Source: Perkinsus olseni (Eukaryota). From it: a stretch of DNA of 64,000 nt. Positions within the stretch are counted from its first letter, which is position 1. The number at the start of each line of letters is the position of its first letter. The notes below the pieces were generated by a model. That model searched no databases. It had not been told where the DNA came from and saw only the letters and a list, made by a program, of their open reading frames with translations. The DNA is taken from the NCBI GenBank assembly GCA_013115125.1, contig JABANN010000124.1:1-64000 (forward strand), written 5' to 3'. Positions 13,793-26,300 of this stretch are shown here, piece by piece. The position numbers were made by a program, and so were the translations under genes.

Positions 13793-14419
13793 ACTGGAGG
13801 GACGAGAACTGGAGTGATCATCGAACTAGAACACATCTTGATTACATTGAAGACAGCTCTCGGGACAATAACATGGGCGCCAAAATGGAGGGTGGAATTT
13901 GGGAAAATTTTGGTATAGGATGTCACAGCATTCAGGGGAATCCTCCGCATGTGAACCAGTAGAAGGACAGTAGGAGGGTAGTTCATCACAAGTGAGGTAG
14001 GGAAGCAAATATCGTCCCACCCATCAAGAGCTCTTACCAGACGATTCCAGGCAGTTGGACTCACCACTTCGAAGTATACATCTTATACTCAACTATATGT
14101 ATGCCTTCCACAATGACCACCTTCAGGATGCCCTTACGTAGACTGCCGAGCGGAGGTTCTCAGCCGCGACATAAAAAGGGGTTGCAGAGTAGCTTTGTCA
14201 GGCAACACGCAGCCATTGGATTACTCTCTGGTGCCGTGGACGGGATTTGGCCTCGATCCAGTTGCCAGAGAGCTCCTGAACATCTGTGTCTCGGAGCACC
14301 ACATGATTGCAACCTGCTGCGACTATCGTCTCTCAGTATGACAGGAAACGAGCTCGCTCAATCGGCTTCGCCTAGACCGACATGCAGACCGATAATATAC
14401 TTGGATGTGCAGCGTCGTC

Positions 14420-17400
14420 TCATCGCATAAACAGGGACAGGCTCTGAAACAACCAAATGAGGTTCATTATCGCCACCAAAAAGGCGGAGCGGAGCTCAGA
14501 GTTACACGCAGCGTCTCTGCTGAGGACAGCGATGCGATCCGGTAGATTCTGTTCACTTAGGCCGTATGGCGAACAGCAAAGGTCTTACGTTGGGCTGAAT
14601 CTTGAGCTTATCCTTCTTCTTCTTTAACTCTTCAGCTTCCTTAATGGCAGCCAGGTACTGAGCAGGGAAGACACAGAGTTATCGCGTCAATATAATTTAC
14701 TCTGCGTGAGTTGAACTCGTACAGATAAGGCAAGCGTTGTGGATGCTTGAGAAAGAGGGCACATGAGTGCGGATGTGGGGTATTCTCAACCTTGCACTCT
14801 TCCCTTACCCGGGATATATCGGAAACCAGCTCGCTTCTCGTGATCGCCCTCATGTCAAACTTCTGGTAAAAACGTTCTCCGGCCGCCTTGAGCGCTGTGT
14901 GGCAGCTAGTCAAGTCAGGGTACTCCGACCGAGAGACGAGCAAGGGCAGTTTCCTGAACGAAGGAGACTCGACCAGTCTCACTGCCTTCAGGATTATTCA
15001 GGCCACATGAGGAACCATACGCCCTGCCTGAGCTCAGGTTGTCGGTGGCAACGTTACAGGTCGCAATATCACGCATTCGAACTTCCCTTCGACGGGACAA
15101 TCAGAACGTCATTCTGGTGTCATTTCGGAGCGCAGAAGAGGGATGAGCTGCTCGTCGATACTCCGAGTTCGTTGTCGTGTATCGAGCTCTCGGGGTCATT
15201 CCCAGATGAGGGCATCTCATCATCCAGCCTGAACAGCGGGCTCGCCCGACCTGTCAGATCCAATGCCAATCTCAACGGAGGTGCTCTTCGTCTTTACTCC
15301 CTTCTTATTCTTCAATTCTGAGAGGGGTAGCTATGGCCTCCTACAGGAGACGGAGTCCCCTCACTTGGCTCTTCTACGGTCCACATGAAGTCTGAATCGT
15401 CTGACTTGCACACCATAAGTCGCTGAGCCTTCAATGAGGACACCTGGGGAAGAGCATTCCACCCGACCAGCGATCGCATAGCTCATCCAACCTTAGATGG
15501 CTGCTGCTCCTTCGCAAGGTCTGCATTCTGCCCCACGACTTGAAGGCTCTCATGCTGCCAAGCGGCATCATCCACCACAGCAGACTAGCAGATCAGCCTC
15601 ACCACAAGCCCCCGCGTTGACTTGCGGAGGTTTGGTACTCCTCCCCTCGCCATCATCTTCTTCACGAAGTCACGCATAGCCTGTCCCAATGAAAGCAATC
15701 GACACTCTTCTCTCCCATGTTCTCACCTTTTCCAGATCCCCCTTCAAGCCGAGGATGGAAATATCATCTGCCCGATACTTCGAGCGGTAAGCAGCTTGTA
15801 CGAATGTCTCCATCGCATCCAAACAGGAGATGCTACCATTAACGTGCAGCTCCTCGGCTTTGGTGTACACAGCGAAGGGGCTGATGAGACCAAACACTCG
15901 AAGGTGACGTTGGGATGAGAATCCTACGGTATGTCCTTCGAATCATGGAAGACGACTACGAGCGCGGCGTCGCTGTCGTCCTGTTGTTTGTTCACAAAGG
16001 GGCCGGGGAACACTGAGGAGAGGCGACCACATACCAAAAATTCCCCACTTCGTCGCTCCGGGTCGGGCACAAACTCTCGGCCGACAACAGATCACATCGA
16101 TAACGATCGACGGAAATACAAACGACGCACCTTTAATATCCTCCAACCGCCAGGACAGCCTCATCGAGTCATCATAGCCGAAACACGATTGGGACTGAGA
16201 AGAAGTCGAATACAGACGAAGGTGTCAGCAAGACGGTCTCAAAGGCCACAGCTGTACTTACGAGGGTTGAGTCGAACGCTATCTCTGACAGCGGCTTGCC
16301 CTGAAAGAATGAACATATGGTGCATGAGGCAGGCGAAGGAAAACGTGCGCGCCTCGTGAAGGAACGCTTTGGACCCCCCGCCATTACTGGAGCGATGGTG
16401 GCTCCTCCCTGAAAGGAAGAATTGGAGCTCACAACAACAGAGGGGCGAGCGGGGTGGAACATCAATAGACAGGTAGGACACAGACGAGGATGCTTACGAG
16501 GTCTCCAACGGATTGAAACGTCCTGTTGGCGATTGACTCCTCAGCCACCTGAGGATGGCCGGTTGATTGCCATTCATCCTCACACCTCGGAGCACACCTT
16601 CTTCAATCGGTCTTCCACTTCAATCGGTGTGAGGCGTGAGGAGGCGTTGGAGATCCAAACTCCCTCCACCGGCTCCGTCCTCTCATAAAGATACTCCAGT
16701 CCCAGCTCGAGAGCATGCTCGCATGACCTCGGATGTTCGGGCACTCGAACAGTGAAGTATCTACATCAACCACATCATGGTGCCTTGCGAGGAGGGGCCA
16801 GGAAGCTGGGAGAACAGTCCCCCAAGAACTTCCTTCTAATGACACGAACTCCCACTACACTTACTTATCTTCGTACCCATCGTCCCTCTTCTTGATGCGG
16901 TAGATAAGGCTCACGAACACTCCCTTGCGCGCCGCGGATGGCTTCGTTCCGGCATACTCCCCTGGGGCTCCTCTCAGAGCCACGACCGATCTCGGACCCG
17001 TGTATTTCTCTGAGATGCAACCTCAGCTGAAGCCAGCTCTGAGAGCCTCTTTACTCTGGTAAGCCTTCCAGCGGAATTTCACGTCTCGATTGTAGCAAGA
17101 GAGGAGCTTAGACGTCTCCTTCTGAAGGGAAGAGTTCTTTGCGAGAGTCCATAGCCAACGATGTGCCAGACTATGGAGCGTGAACCGCTCCCTGAGCAAG
17201 TCAATCACTCACCTTTACAACCGCGTGGGCGCCAATCCACTGCAAGGTCCGAAACTGAAGGCAAGAGAGGTGACGATTGGTCGATCGACCGAGGGCCGGG
17301 AAGTACTCACCTCAAACCTCGCGTCCTCGTCACCTCTGCTGAGGGCTCGCTGGTACTGAAGACACCACAGCATCGACACACTCAAGCGCGGCAGAGGAGC

Positions 17401-20400
17401 GTATCATCCCGTCAGAGATCATTGGGCGATAATAAGGACAGCAGAGCTTAGCGAAGGAACGACAGGAGAGGAACCCATCGACTAATAGTTGTCGAAGCGG
17501 GCCGCACTCTAGAAGCCTCACCAATGCGATATCATTCCTCAGCTGCGTCAGACTATAGTCCGCACTTCCAGCTCCTTCCTCAACTATGCCGGAGCCATCC
17601 CCTCGTAGCGTCATCTTAGCCTCGTTCGTGATGACGACGCAAATATTGGTACCATACATTGCCGTCTCTTCGTCCCCTTCCAGCAAGGTCTCAATGTAAC
17701 GGCTCCTCTCCCGAGGTAGGTCGACACCATATTCGCTGAAGCGACACGGGAGCGAGAGAGTGATGGTCACGTGGCAGTCGATGGTAGTCACTCACATGCC
17801 ATCGACCAGAAAGGTGACGGTTAGGTCAGAGTCGGGCCTCTCGAAGAGTATGTTGGGTTTCCAACCGTAGAAGTGGAAGAAGTCATCTGCGTTAATGAAG
17901 AAGGGGATACTCGGCATCAGAATAGTTGCTTACCTCTACGCCAAAGACGCCAGAAGAGGGTCTGATCTCCCTCGCCACGAGCTCGACACTCGCCAGCCTG
18001 GAATGACCTCATAACTCGAAGGAGGCCGAGTTGTTGACGTAAATCCTCAGAGACGGGAGAGATCGCCGACCGCAGGCAGAGGACACGATTGACACTCAGT
18101 CGGGAGACACTGACCACAATTGACTCACCACAAAGGCCTCGTTGGCTGCTAGTAGAAGGGACTTCGCCTGAGCGCGAGAGAATCGAACCAGCCTGCCAAC
18201 CAGCTCCATACACTTAGCTTGATCTTCGGCCTCTCTTCGCTTTGCAGCTTTGCAACCTCCTTGATAGCATTCAAGTACTGAGGAAGCGATCAATGGGTCC
18301 GGCAGCATCGGAACAGCTCATGCAACAAACGAGCATCGAAATTACTGCTGGTGCCTCAATGTTTGTGCCGCCACACAGAAAGAGAGCTGAGCTACAGAGC
18401 GTCTCCAGAATCGCAAGTGCTTTACCCGGGATATATCCGAGACAAGCTCGCTCCTCGTAATAACCCTCATGTCAAACCGCTGATAGAGTTGCTCGTTCGC
18501 TGCCTCCAGCGCCGTATAACAACTGGTCAGATCTGGGTACTCCGAACGAGGGACGAGCAGGGGCAGTTTCCTGAGTAGAAAACAAGGCACTTCATTGATG
18601 GTCCGGCAGAATCACAACGTGCATGCACGAAGAATTGAAGCACCGCGCTCAGCACTAATTCTCAGCGTGACAGCTTTTTTCTCGCAGAGTGGGAGCCTCG
18701 AAGATCGCGAATCGCGATACTATAGAGTGAAGAGCATCTTCCCGCGGGATATTCACAGCGTAGCACATCTGATGGCGAGAATACCGACAACACTCCGCAA
18801 AAACCGCTCCGTCGCGAAGTGCCAGGTGTAGTTCTCACAATGTTTAATCACAAGTTCACGGGGTGCCCGGGGTGCAATAAAGACGATAGTCACTGCAGCA
18901 GGGTTTTCTAAAGCACTGCCCAGAGGCCTGTGTACATGGCTATAGTGAGTCGAAACGGTCGCGACGGTCAGCGGGTCGTGTCGGTCAGACCCAGCAAAAG
19001 GTGAGAGAGCGTGAGTGGCGGAGCCACCCTAGGCTGCCCCCATTCCATCTTGGGATAATCTGGGCGACAACGCCCGGGCGACGGCAATACTGTAGCAAGG
19101 GAGCGGTTGCTTGGTCACGGCTACGTGAACGATATGGTAATACCATAATGGTATGCGCCGTCAGCTCCAGAACAGGTCCACTGTCTATAGAACAAAATTG
19201 AACTATGTGCTCACTAGTTTCTATCTCGAAGCGCTCCCGGTATTCACTCAGATTCTCTCAGCTCTTCCCCACTCTACTTGCTCCATCTCGTTCACTATGA
19301 GACCAATCTACTTTTGTTGCATTCTCCGATTTAGCACCACATACTGGATTGCGGCAATCTTTCGACAACAACACGACACTTCTACTTCAGCCTAGCGATG
19401 CTAGCGAGAATATTATTTGTGAAGAAGTTGAAACTTTCTTGAACAGCGGGACTGCCCGACCTGTCAGATCCAATGCCAATCTCAACGGAAGTGCTCTTTG
19501 TCTTTACTCCCTTCTTATTCTTCAATTCTGAGAGGGGTAGCTATGGCCTCCTACAGGAGACGGAGTCCCCTCACTTGGCTCTTCTACGGTCCACATGAAG
19601 TCTGAATCGTCTGACTTGCAAACCATTTGTCGCTGAGCCTTCAATGAGGATACCTGCGGAAGAGCATTCCACCCGACCAGCCATCGCGCAGCTCATCGAA
19701 CCTTAGATGGCTGGCGCTCCTTCACAAGGTCCGCATTCTGCCCAACGACTTGAAGGCTCTCATGCTGCCAAGCGGCATCATCCACCACAGCAGACTAGCA
19801 GATCAGCCTCACCACAAGCCCCCGCGTTGAGTTGCGAAGGTTTGGTACTCCTCCCCTCGCCATCATCTTCTTCACGAAGTCACGCATAGCCTGTCCCAAT
19901 GAAGGCAATCGACTCTCTTCTCTCCCATGTTCTCACCTTTTCGAGATCTCCCTTCAAGCCGAGGATGGAAATATCGTCTGCCCGATACTTCGAGCGGTAA
20001 GCAGCTTGTACGAATGTCTCCATCGCATCCAAACAGGAGATGCTACCATTAACGTGCAGCTCCTCGCCTTTGGTGTACACAGCGAAGGGGCTGATGAGAC
20101 CAAACACTCGAAGGTGACGTTGGGATGAGGATCCTACGGTATGTCCTTCAAATCATGGAAGACGACTACGAGCGCGGCGTCGCTTTCATTACCCCGTTTG
20201 TTCACAAAGGGGCCAGGGAACACTGAAGAGAGGCGACCACATACCAAAAATTCCCCACTTCGTCGCTCCGAGTCGGGCACAAACTCTCGGCCGACAACAG
20301 ATCACATCGATAACGATCGATGGAAATACAAGCGACGCACCTCTGATATCCTCCAACCGCCAGGACAGCCTCGTCGAGTAATCATAGCCGAAGCACGATT

Positions 20401-22912
20401 GGGACTGAGAAGAAGTCGAATACAGACGGAGGTGTCAGCCAGAGGGTCTCAAAGGCCACAGCTGTACTTACAAGGTTTGAATTGAGTGCGATGTCCCACA
20501 TAGGTTTGCCCTGAAAGAATGAAGATGCGATGAAGATGATGTGAAGAGGATGAGGAACGCTTCGGACCCCGGGCATTACTGCAGCGATGGTGGCTCCTCC
20601 CTGAAAGGAACAGTTGAAGCTCACAACAACAGAGGGTCGAGCGAGGTGAAGCATGAGTAAGAGAGAGATGAGGATGCTTACGAGGTCTCCAACGGGTTTA
20701 AAGGTCCTGTTGGCGATTGACTCCTCAGCCACCTGAGGATGGCCGCTTGATTGCCATTCATCCTCACACCTCGGAGCACACCTTCTTCAGTCGGTCTTCC
20801 ACTTCAATCGGTGTGAGGCGTGAGAAGGCGTTGGAGATCCAAACTCCCTCCACCGGCTCCGTCCTCTCATAAAGATACTCCAGTCCCAGCTCGAGAGCAT
20901 GCTCGCATGACCTCGGATGCGCGGGCACTCGAACAGTGAAGTACCTTCGCGAACCAAAGATTATATCCAAAGAAATGCGAGAACGGCATCGCCCTGACCA
21001 GAAGGGCACTTGCACTCACCTGTCCTCATACTCGTTTTTCTTCCTCGTGAAGTTGTAAACAAGACTAACGAAAAACCCCTTCAGAGAAGCGGAGGCCTTC
21101 CTCCCAGTAGGCTCCTCCTCTGAAGCTGCTCTCAATGCCACAAGAGATTTAGGACCGGTGTATTTCCCTGAGACAGCAGAGGGAGCATCAGCAAACACGA
21201 TGAGCATGGGAATTCCTTCAGCTTTCTTACTTCGGTAAGCCTTCCAGCGGAATTTCACGTCTTCGCTGAAACACGACAGCTCCTTTTGCGTATTTTTCTG
21301 AGAGAATAAAGCCTTCTAGTCGTGCAGGACACAGGAAAATCCTTAACAGTGACGACGCAACAGGTCGAGCAACATCGTCCGCGTGCGACACGGACGGGTC
21401 GGGATTCACCGAGATTACGCTCTCAGCAAGTCAATCACTCACCTTCATCACCGCGTGGGCGCCAATCCGCTGCAAGGTTCGAAACTGAAGGCAAGAGAGG
21501 TGACGATTGGTCGATCGACCGAGGGCCGGGAAGTACTCACCTCAAACTTCGCGTCCTTGTCACCTCTGCTGAGGGCTCGTTGGTACTGAAGACACCAGAG
21601 CATTGACAGACTCAAGCGTACGTAAACTCTATCATCATCATCATCTCATGAGTAGAGGTGGCTAGACAGCTTTGAGAGACAGAGGCCACGGCATAAGGCT
21701 CATACAGTGTATTACATAGTCTGTGATGTAAAAATACAACGTGAAAACACGAGGCCTCTTCAGAAGAACGCAAAGAAGCAAAGAAGCAGCGCCCCTCCAA
21801 TAGAGACTTTGAACGAGCAGCACGTCCTTGGCTTGCAATCAGTCTCCCAAGAGCCTCACCAGTGTTATATCGTTCCTTAGTTGCTTCAAAGTGTAGTCCG
21901 CCCCTCCAGCTCCTTCCTCGACTAAGCCACTGCCATCCGCCTTTAGTGAGATCCTGGAGTCGTTCATGATGGTAAGACAGATGTGTGGGTTATCGGATGC
22001 CGTCTCTTCGTCCCCTTTCAGCAAGGTCTCAATATAACGGCTCCTCTCCCGAGGTAGGTCGACACCATATTCGCTGAAGCGACACGGGAGCGAGAGAGTG
22101 ATGGTCACGTGGCAGTCGATGGTAGTCACTCACATGCCATCGACCAGAAAGGTGACAGTTAGGTCAGAGTCGGGCCTCTCGAAGAGTATGTTAGGAGTCC
22201 AACCGTAGAAGTGGAAGAAGTCATCTGCGTTAATGAAGAAGGGAATACTCGGCATCAGAATAGTTGCTTACCTCTACGCCAAAGACGCCAGAAGAGGGTC
22301 TGATCTCCCTCGCCTCGAGCTCGGCATTCAAACACCTAAAGCAATGAGGCCATCGATCCGCGGATTCCAAGAGCCGAAAACCGAAGGGAAGAGGACACAA
22401 AGTGGGCGAGTCTGCAAGTGATCATTCCCCTGCATGAACACCATCGATACATCGACTTACAATGAACGCTGCTCGGGCTGCCAGTTTGAGTGACTTAGCC
22501 TAACAAACACAGCATGCGGTGGATGATTGGTTTTGTCAGAGGGTGCGACAGCAGTGATAACGTAGAGCCCGATAACATAGTCCGACGAGCCTGAGGAAGA
22601 CACCATCATCAGCCTACCTTCGTGTCGGGCAAGAAACTCGCCGTCTTCGTCTCCTGCGTTGCTTGTCCTCTAGCTGCACGGTAACCTCCTGCGTTTTTTA
22701 CTGCACCGGTAGGAACCGGGTCTCCCTGACCTCCTCGCTCTTCCCACTGAGGAAGCGAAGCGAAGGACTCCGGAACGCGTTCGTGATCGTTTTCGATCGG
22801 CGGAGAAGCTCACCCTGAACGAATCATCGGAGCATCTTCCTCCGAAGCAGCCACTGCGGGCGGTCACTAGGTAGGTGGCACTGATAACTAAGCCAGCAAT
22901 GAGGGCCCGCAT
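14420..22912 (-). CDS. Array gene B: signal peptide plus two D1-D4 cassettes (8 domains); 3' end approximate
   Basis: MRALIAGLVISATYLVTARSGCFGGRC at 22912. First cassette ~22500-18420, second ~18167-14800, linked by the in-frame exon 18212-18277 and a 44-nt intron. Confidence 0.65.
15230..17975. repeat. Direct-repeat copy 1 of an intragenic duplication (pairs with 19440-22315)
   Basis: Near-identical blocks including introns; offset 4210 in the D3/D4 part and 4338 in the D1 part. Confidence 0.95.
18571..19460 (-). other. Expanded 890-nt intron with unique internal sequence (possible insertion)
   Basis: The homologous intron is 297 nt in the second cassette (14954-15250) and 119 nt in gene C (24342-24460). 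Confidence 0.6.
19440..22315. repeat. Direct-repeat copy 2 of the intragenic duplication
   Basis: E.g. gaacagcggg..cccgacctgtcagatccaatgccaatctcaacgg occurs at both 15231 and 19441. ORFs 15670-15897 and 19880-20107 differ by 2 aa. Confidence 0.95.
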
Positions 22913-23392
22913 CGGTAAGAAGGACAAAACTGGGGTGAGCTGAACGGGGAGAGCTCCGCCTCCTGCACTCGACGACGAGCGAGGAGTTGCGGTCCAGGAG
23001 CCGCTTCGCCGCGCCTGCTGCGAGGGCGACTACGGTATGCCCGTGTAACCTCATGCTTACTATTGATAACGCGAGGAATGAAGGACATGTCACGAACATC
23101 ATCAATATAAAGTTCCAAGTCAATAACACACATCTGAACAAGGAGAAGAACTGTCAAAGTGCAACGAGCGATTCATGGGGACAACAGAATCCAAAGAATC
23201 GTGACATCTACATATGGCTCAAGGCCGGCGGACCAAGGTGGACAGTTCCCCCTCGATCGGGGCGAAGTGAGATGATACGGAATGAAAAGTCGCAGCAGAG
23301 GCTGCTGCCCTCGAGAAATACTCTTCTTCAAAAGGTGCAGACCGATAGATGAAAAATCCCTAGGTAGGGAGCCCTCGGTAGAAGGGCAGATC

Positions 23393-26300
23393 TCAGCGGC
23401 CTGGCGAGTCCCGCGGTGCAGGTTGAGTAGCGCTGGCTCTGTTCTTCAAGCTTCTCCGAGGGGGCTTCTGGGGTGTCCTCTGCCCCTGACTATTGAAAGA
23501 ACCAACGCGACCAGGCTGCGAGCTCGGACGTTCAAGAGATGCCGGCGCACTCCAGGGCATCGTTTTTCGACGTTCATCGTCAATCAGTGGCGAAGTGGCC
23601 GTCACTGGTAGGGAGTAACGAACCCCTTGCTTAACACCATCCTCAGCCGAAGATCCCTTTCTCGATTCTGGGGCTTCCGGGGCCTTCTTTCTTTTTAATG
23701 AAGGGGCGAGCTTACGTGAGCTGGGAAGCACTGCGGTATGTATAGGGGACACTTCAAGCACTTCATCGTTCGTAAAAGGGTCCGACAGCCGCGACGGTCT
23801 GAAGAACTTGTGATACGGCAGCCCTTTGCTGTCCGTAGAGTAGAGAAGAGGGTCATGCTCTGGATGATAGACTTGCTGCCTCAGGTAATCCGTATGCTCG
23901 AACGTACCAGCTTTGCCTCGGCTCCACTGAGAGAAGGAAATCAGTGGACAGTAGACGCAACAACGGGCCTATTCCCAGCGTCTGCGGCCGGTCCATCCAC
24001 AGCAAGCTACAGGCTCGAAGACACTCTCCATTCACGCGGTGAAGAGGAAGTGCCAACCAGCTCACCTTGTTATCCAAGTTCGGTTTTTTTCTCCCCTCCA
24101 ACTCCGCGATATTAATCGCTGTCAAGTACTGAGGAGGTTATACATATGACTTCATGCAAAAACATTTTTTCGAAGGGAGTGGCAGAGGAAGTGACTCACT
24201 CGGGAGATATCGAAGACCAACTCGCTCTTCGTCATTTGCATGGTAAAGTCAACATAAAGCCGACTGCCAGTCGCCCTCAGTGCTGTTGAGCATTTCCGAA
24301 CATCCGGGAAGTCATCCCGCGGGATCAGAAGAGCGAGTTTCCTGAGTAGAGGCAGCACAGTAGCATTCGGCTTTGAGGTTCTCAGCACCAAGGCTGTCAG
24401 ACAACCGCACGCCTCAAGACCAGAACGCTTCTAGTAATCATCGCAGAAAGCTTCACTGACCTGCCATCTCCTAGCCTGATCTCCACGTTAGTGCCCTCTC
24501 TCTGCTCCTTAGCACCCTTCCCCAGCGCAGGCGTCCCTGACAGAACAGCGGCCAGTCGATGGACCGAAGGCAACATGGGCGAACTGAGGTGAGCAAGCCG
24601 ACCGAGGCACGGGCTGCTCAAATGCGGTTTGACGCCGCTTGACGGAGGGAGCCACGTGCATTCCACCATCCTACTCGGTTTATCAAAAACCCACTCGAAG
24701 CCGGTAGCGTTCGATTGGCATACGATGAAGGCCGGCTCAACCTTTTTCTTCTTCTTCCCCTTCTTCGTTTTCTGTTGAGTGACCTGCACGATTGAATTCG
24801 TGGTTCCCCGGAGCGGAGGAAGACTGGCAATAGGACGCGTACCTCAGACTCAGCTCGAGCTTGAGCTTCATCTGCATTAGTTCCGAGGAGTTGGAGAGTT
24901 TCATGCTGCCAAAGCAAAAGATGCTGCAGGTAGAGCTACAGCGACGAGCTCACCTCGAGACTCCTCACCGCCTTCGATAATGATGACACGCCGCCCTGCT
25001 GCATTCTGGCCAACACATAGTCGCTCATCGCCTGAAATCGAGAAGCACTCCGCTCGAGAGCGAGGAAGTTGGATCCATGCTGGCGTCGCCCTCGAACCTT
25101 CTGTAAATCTCCCTTCAATCCGAGCACAGACACGCTGCCATACTGGTAGTCTGGTGACTCATAAGCCAGGGCGACAAATGTTTCCATCATTAGGGAACAC
25201 GAGAGTTGATTATCATTGTAGAGATACTGCTCCCAGGCGTACACTCCAAAGGCCCTGCACAGCAAAGGTGTCGAAGCAAGTGTCCGCAGTGAACTTGAAG
25301 GAGCCTTACGGGATTTCCTTTGAGTCCTCGATGGTCATAACGATAATTGTATCAGTGGCATTGTCTTTCTCATTAAACAACGGCCCCATGAAATCTAAAT
25401 ATGAGATTCACCGCACCCCAGCCCGACGCAAACGAGGCCAAGCTGTCGGTGGCCATCGAGTAACTCACACGTGGGGTCCTCGAGCCTCCACGACAGTTTT
25501 GCAGTGTCATCGAGTCCGAAACACACCCCGAACTGAAGTGAAAGAGCCTACTAAGAGCGGTGAATAGACGCGACTTACAAGCAACGATCGCCGTGCTATT
25601 TCTGACAGAGGCTCGCCCTGAAAGGAGAGAGTCACTAGCATGCACGCAGCAAACAGGGGCAAGCGATAGAGACAAGCGTCGAGTCAGCAACCATTACCAG
25701 AGTGGCGGCGCCTTCTCCCTGAGAAAGAACGCAAGTAGAAAGCGGAGACAGAAGGGCGACCTTACGAGATTAAAAACAGGCGAGAACTTTTTATTCGTCT
25801 CTGAGGTCTCAGCCACCTGAAAATAAGGACGCTGCAGTAGCCCTCTCGACGAAGAGGCGCCATCGAGCAGGGAGACGTGGGCCTGACCATCTTCAAACGA
25901 GCCTCCACATCAATCGGCGTGAAGCGGGAGATCGCTCTGAGGTTTGTTATTGTGTGGCTTTCGAATAGCCGCTCAAGTCCCATCTCCAACGCTTGCTCAC
26001 ACGACTCAGGCTCCCAACCCACAGAGACAGTGAAGTATCTGATGGATAGAAGGCAAGGCCATGACTGGTGATGCCGCCATTGTTATGATGACATAATGCC
26101 CTACACAATGGTCTTAGTGGCTGTCACAAGCGGGAGCAGGAGTGCCCAATCGAGGTCTCTATCGTGTCAGAGACTGCCGACAAAAGTCAGTGAATTCTCA
26201 GTAGAAAGGCAGAGGGGATTCATTAGCGAGTATTGCTGCACCGTGCTCTCCCTCACTGAGGCTACTGAAAGATTAAGGCTCGCCGATATTAAGATATCGC

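Noticed and set aside
13830-14400. Possible small gene or extra exons between genes A and B
   Set aside because: Splice-like signals are present, but I could not build a consistent frame or recognise a domain.
18940-18952. ctatagtgagtcg, 13 nt of the reverse-complemented T7 promoter
   Set aside because: The remaining TATTA is absent and there is no vector context; treated as chance.
15230-22315. Direct repeats as LTRs or a CRISPR-like array
   Set aside because: The repeats are spliced coding cassettes, with no internal gag/pol or repeat-spacer structure.
23211-23223. catatggctcaag, resembling the 3' end of the Perkinsus/dinoflagellate spliced leader
   Set aside because: Only partial, opposite in orientation to the array genes, and with no SL-RNA or retrogene context.
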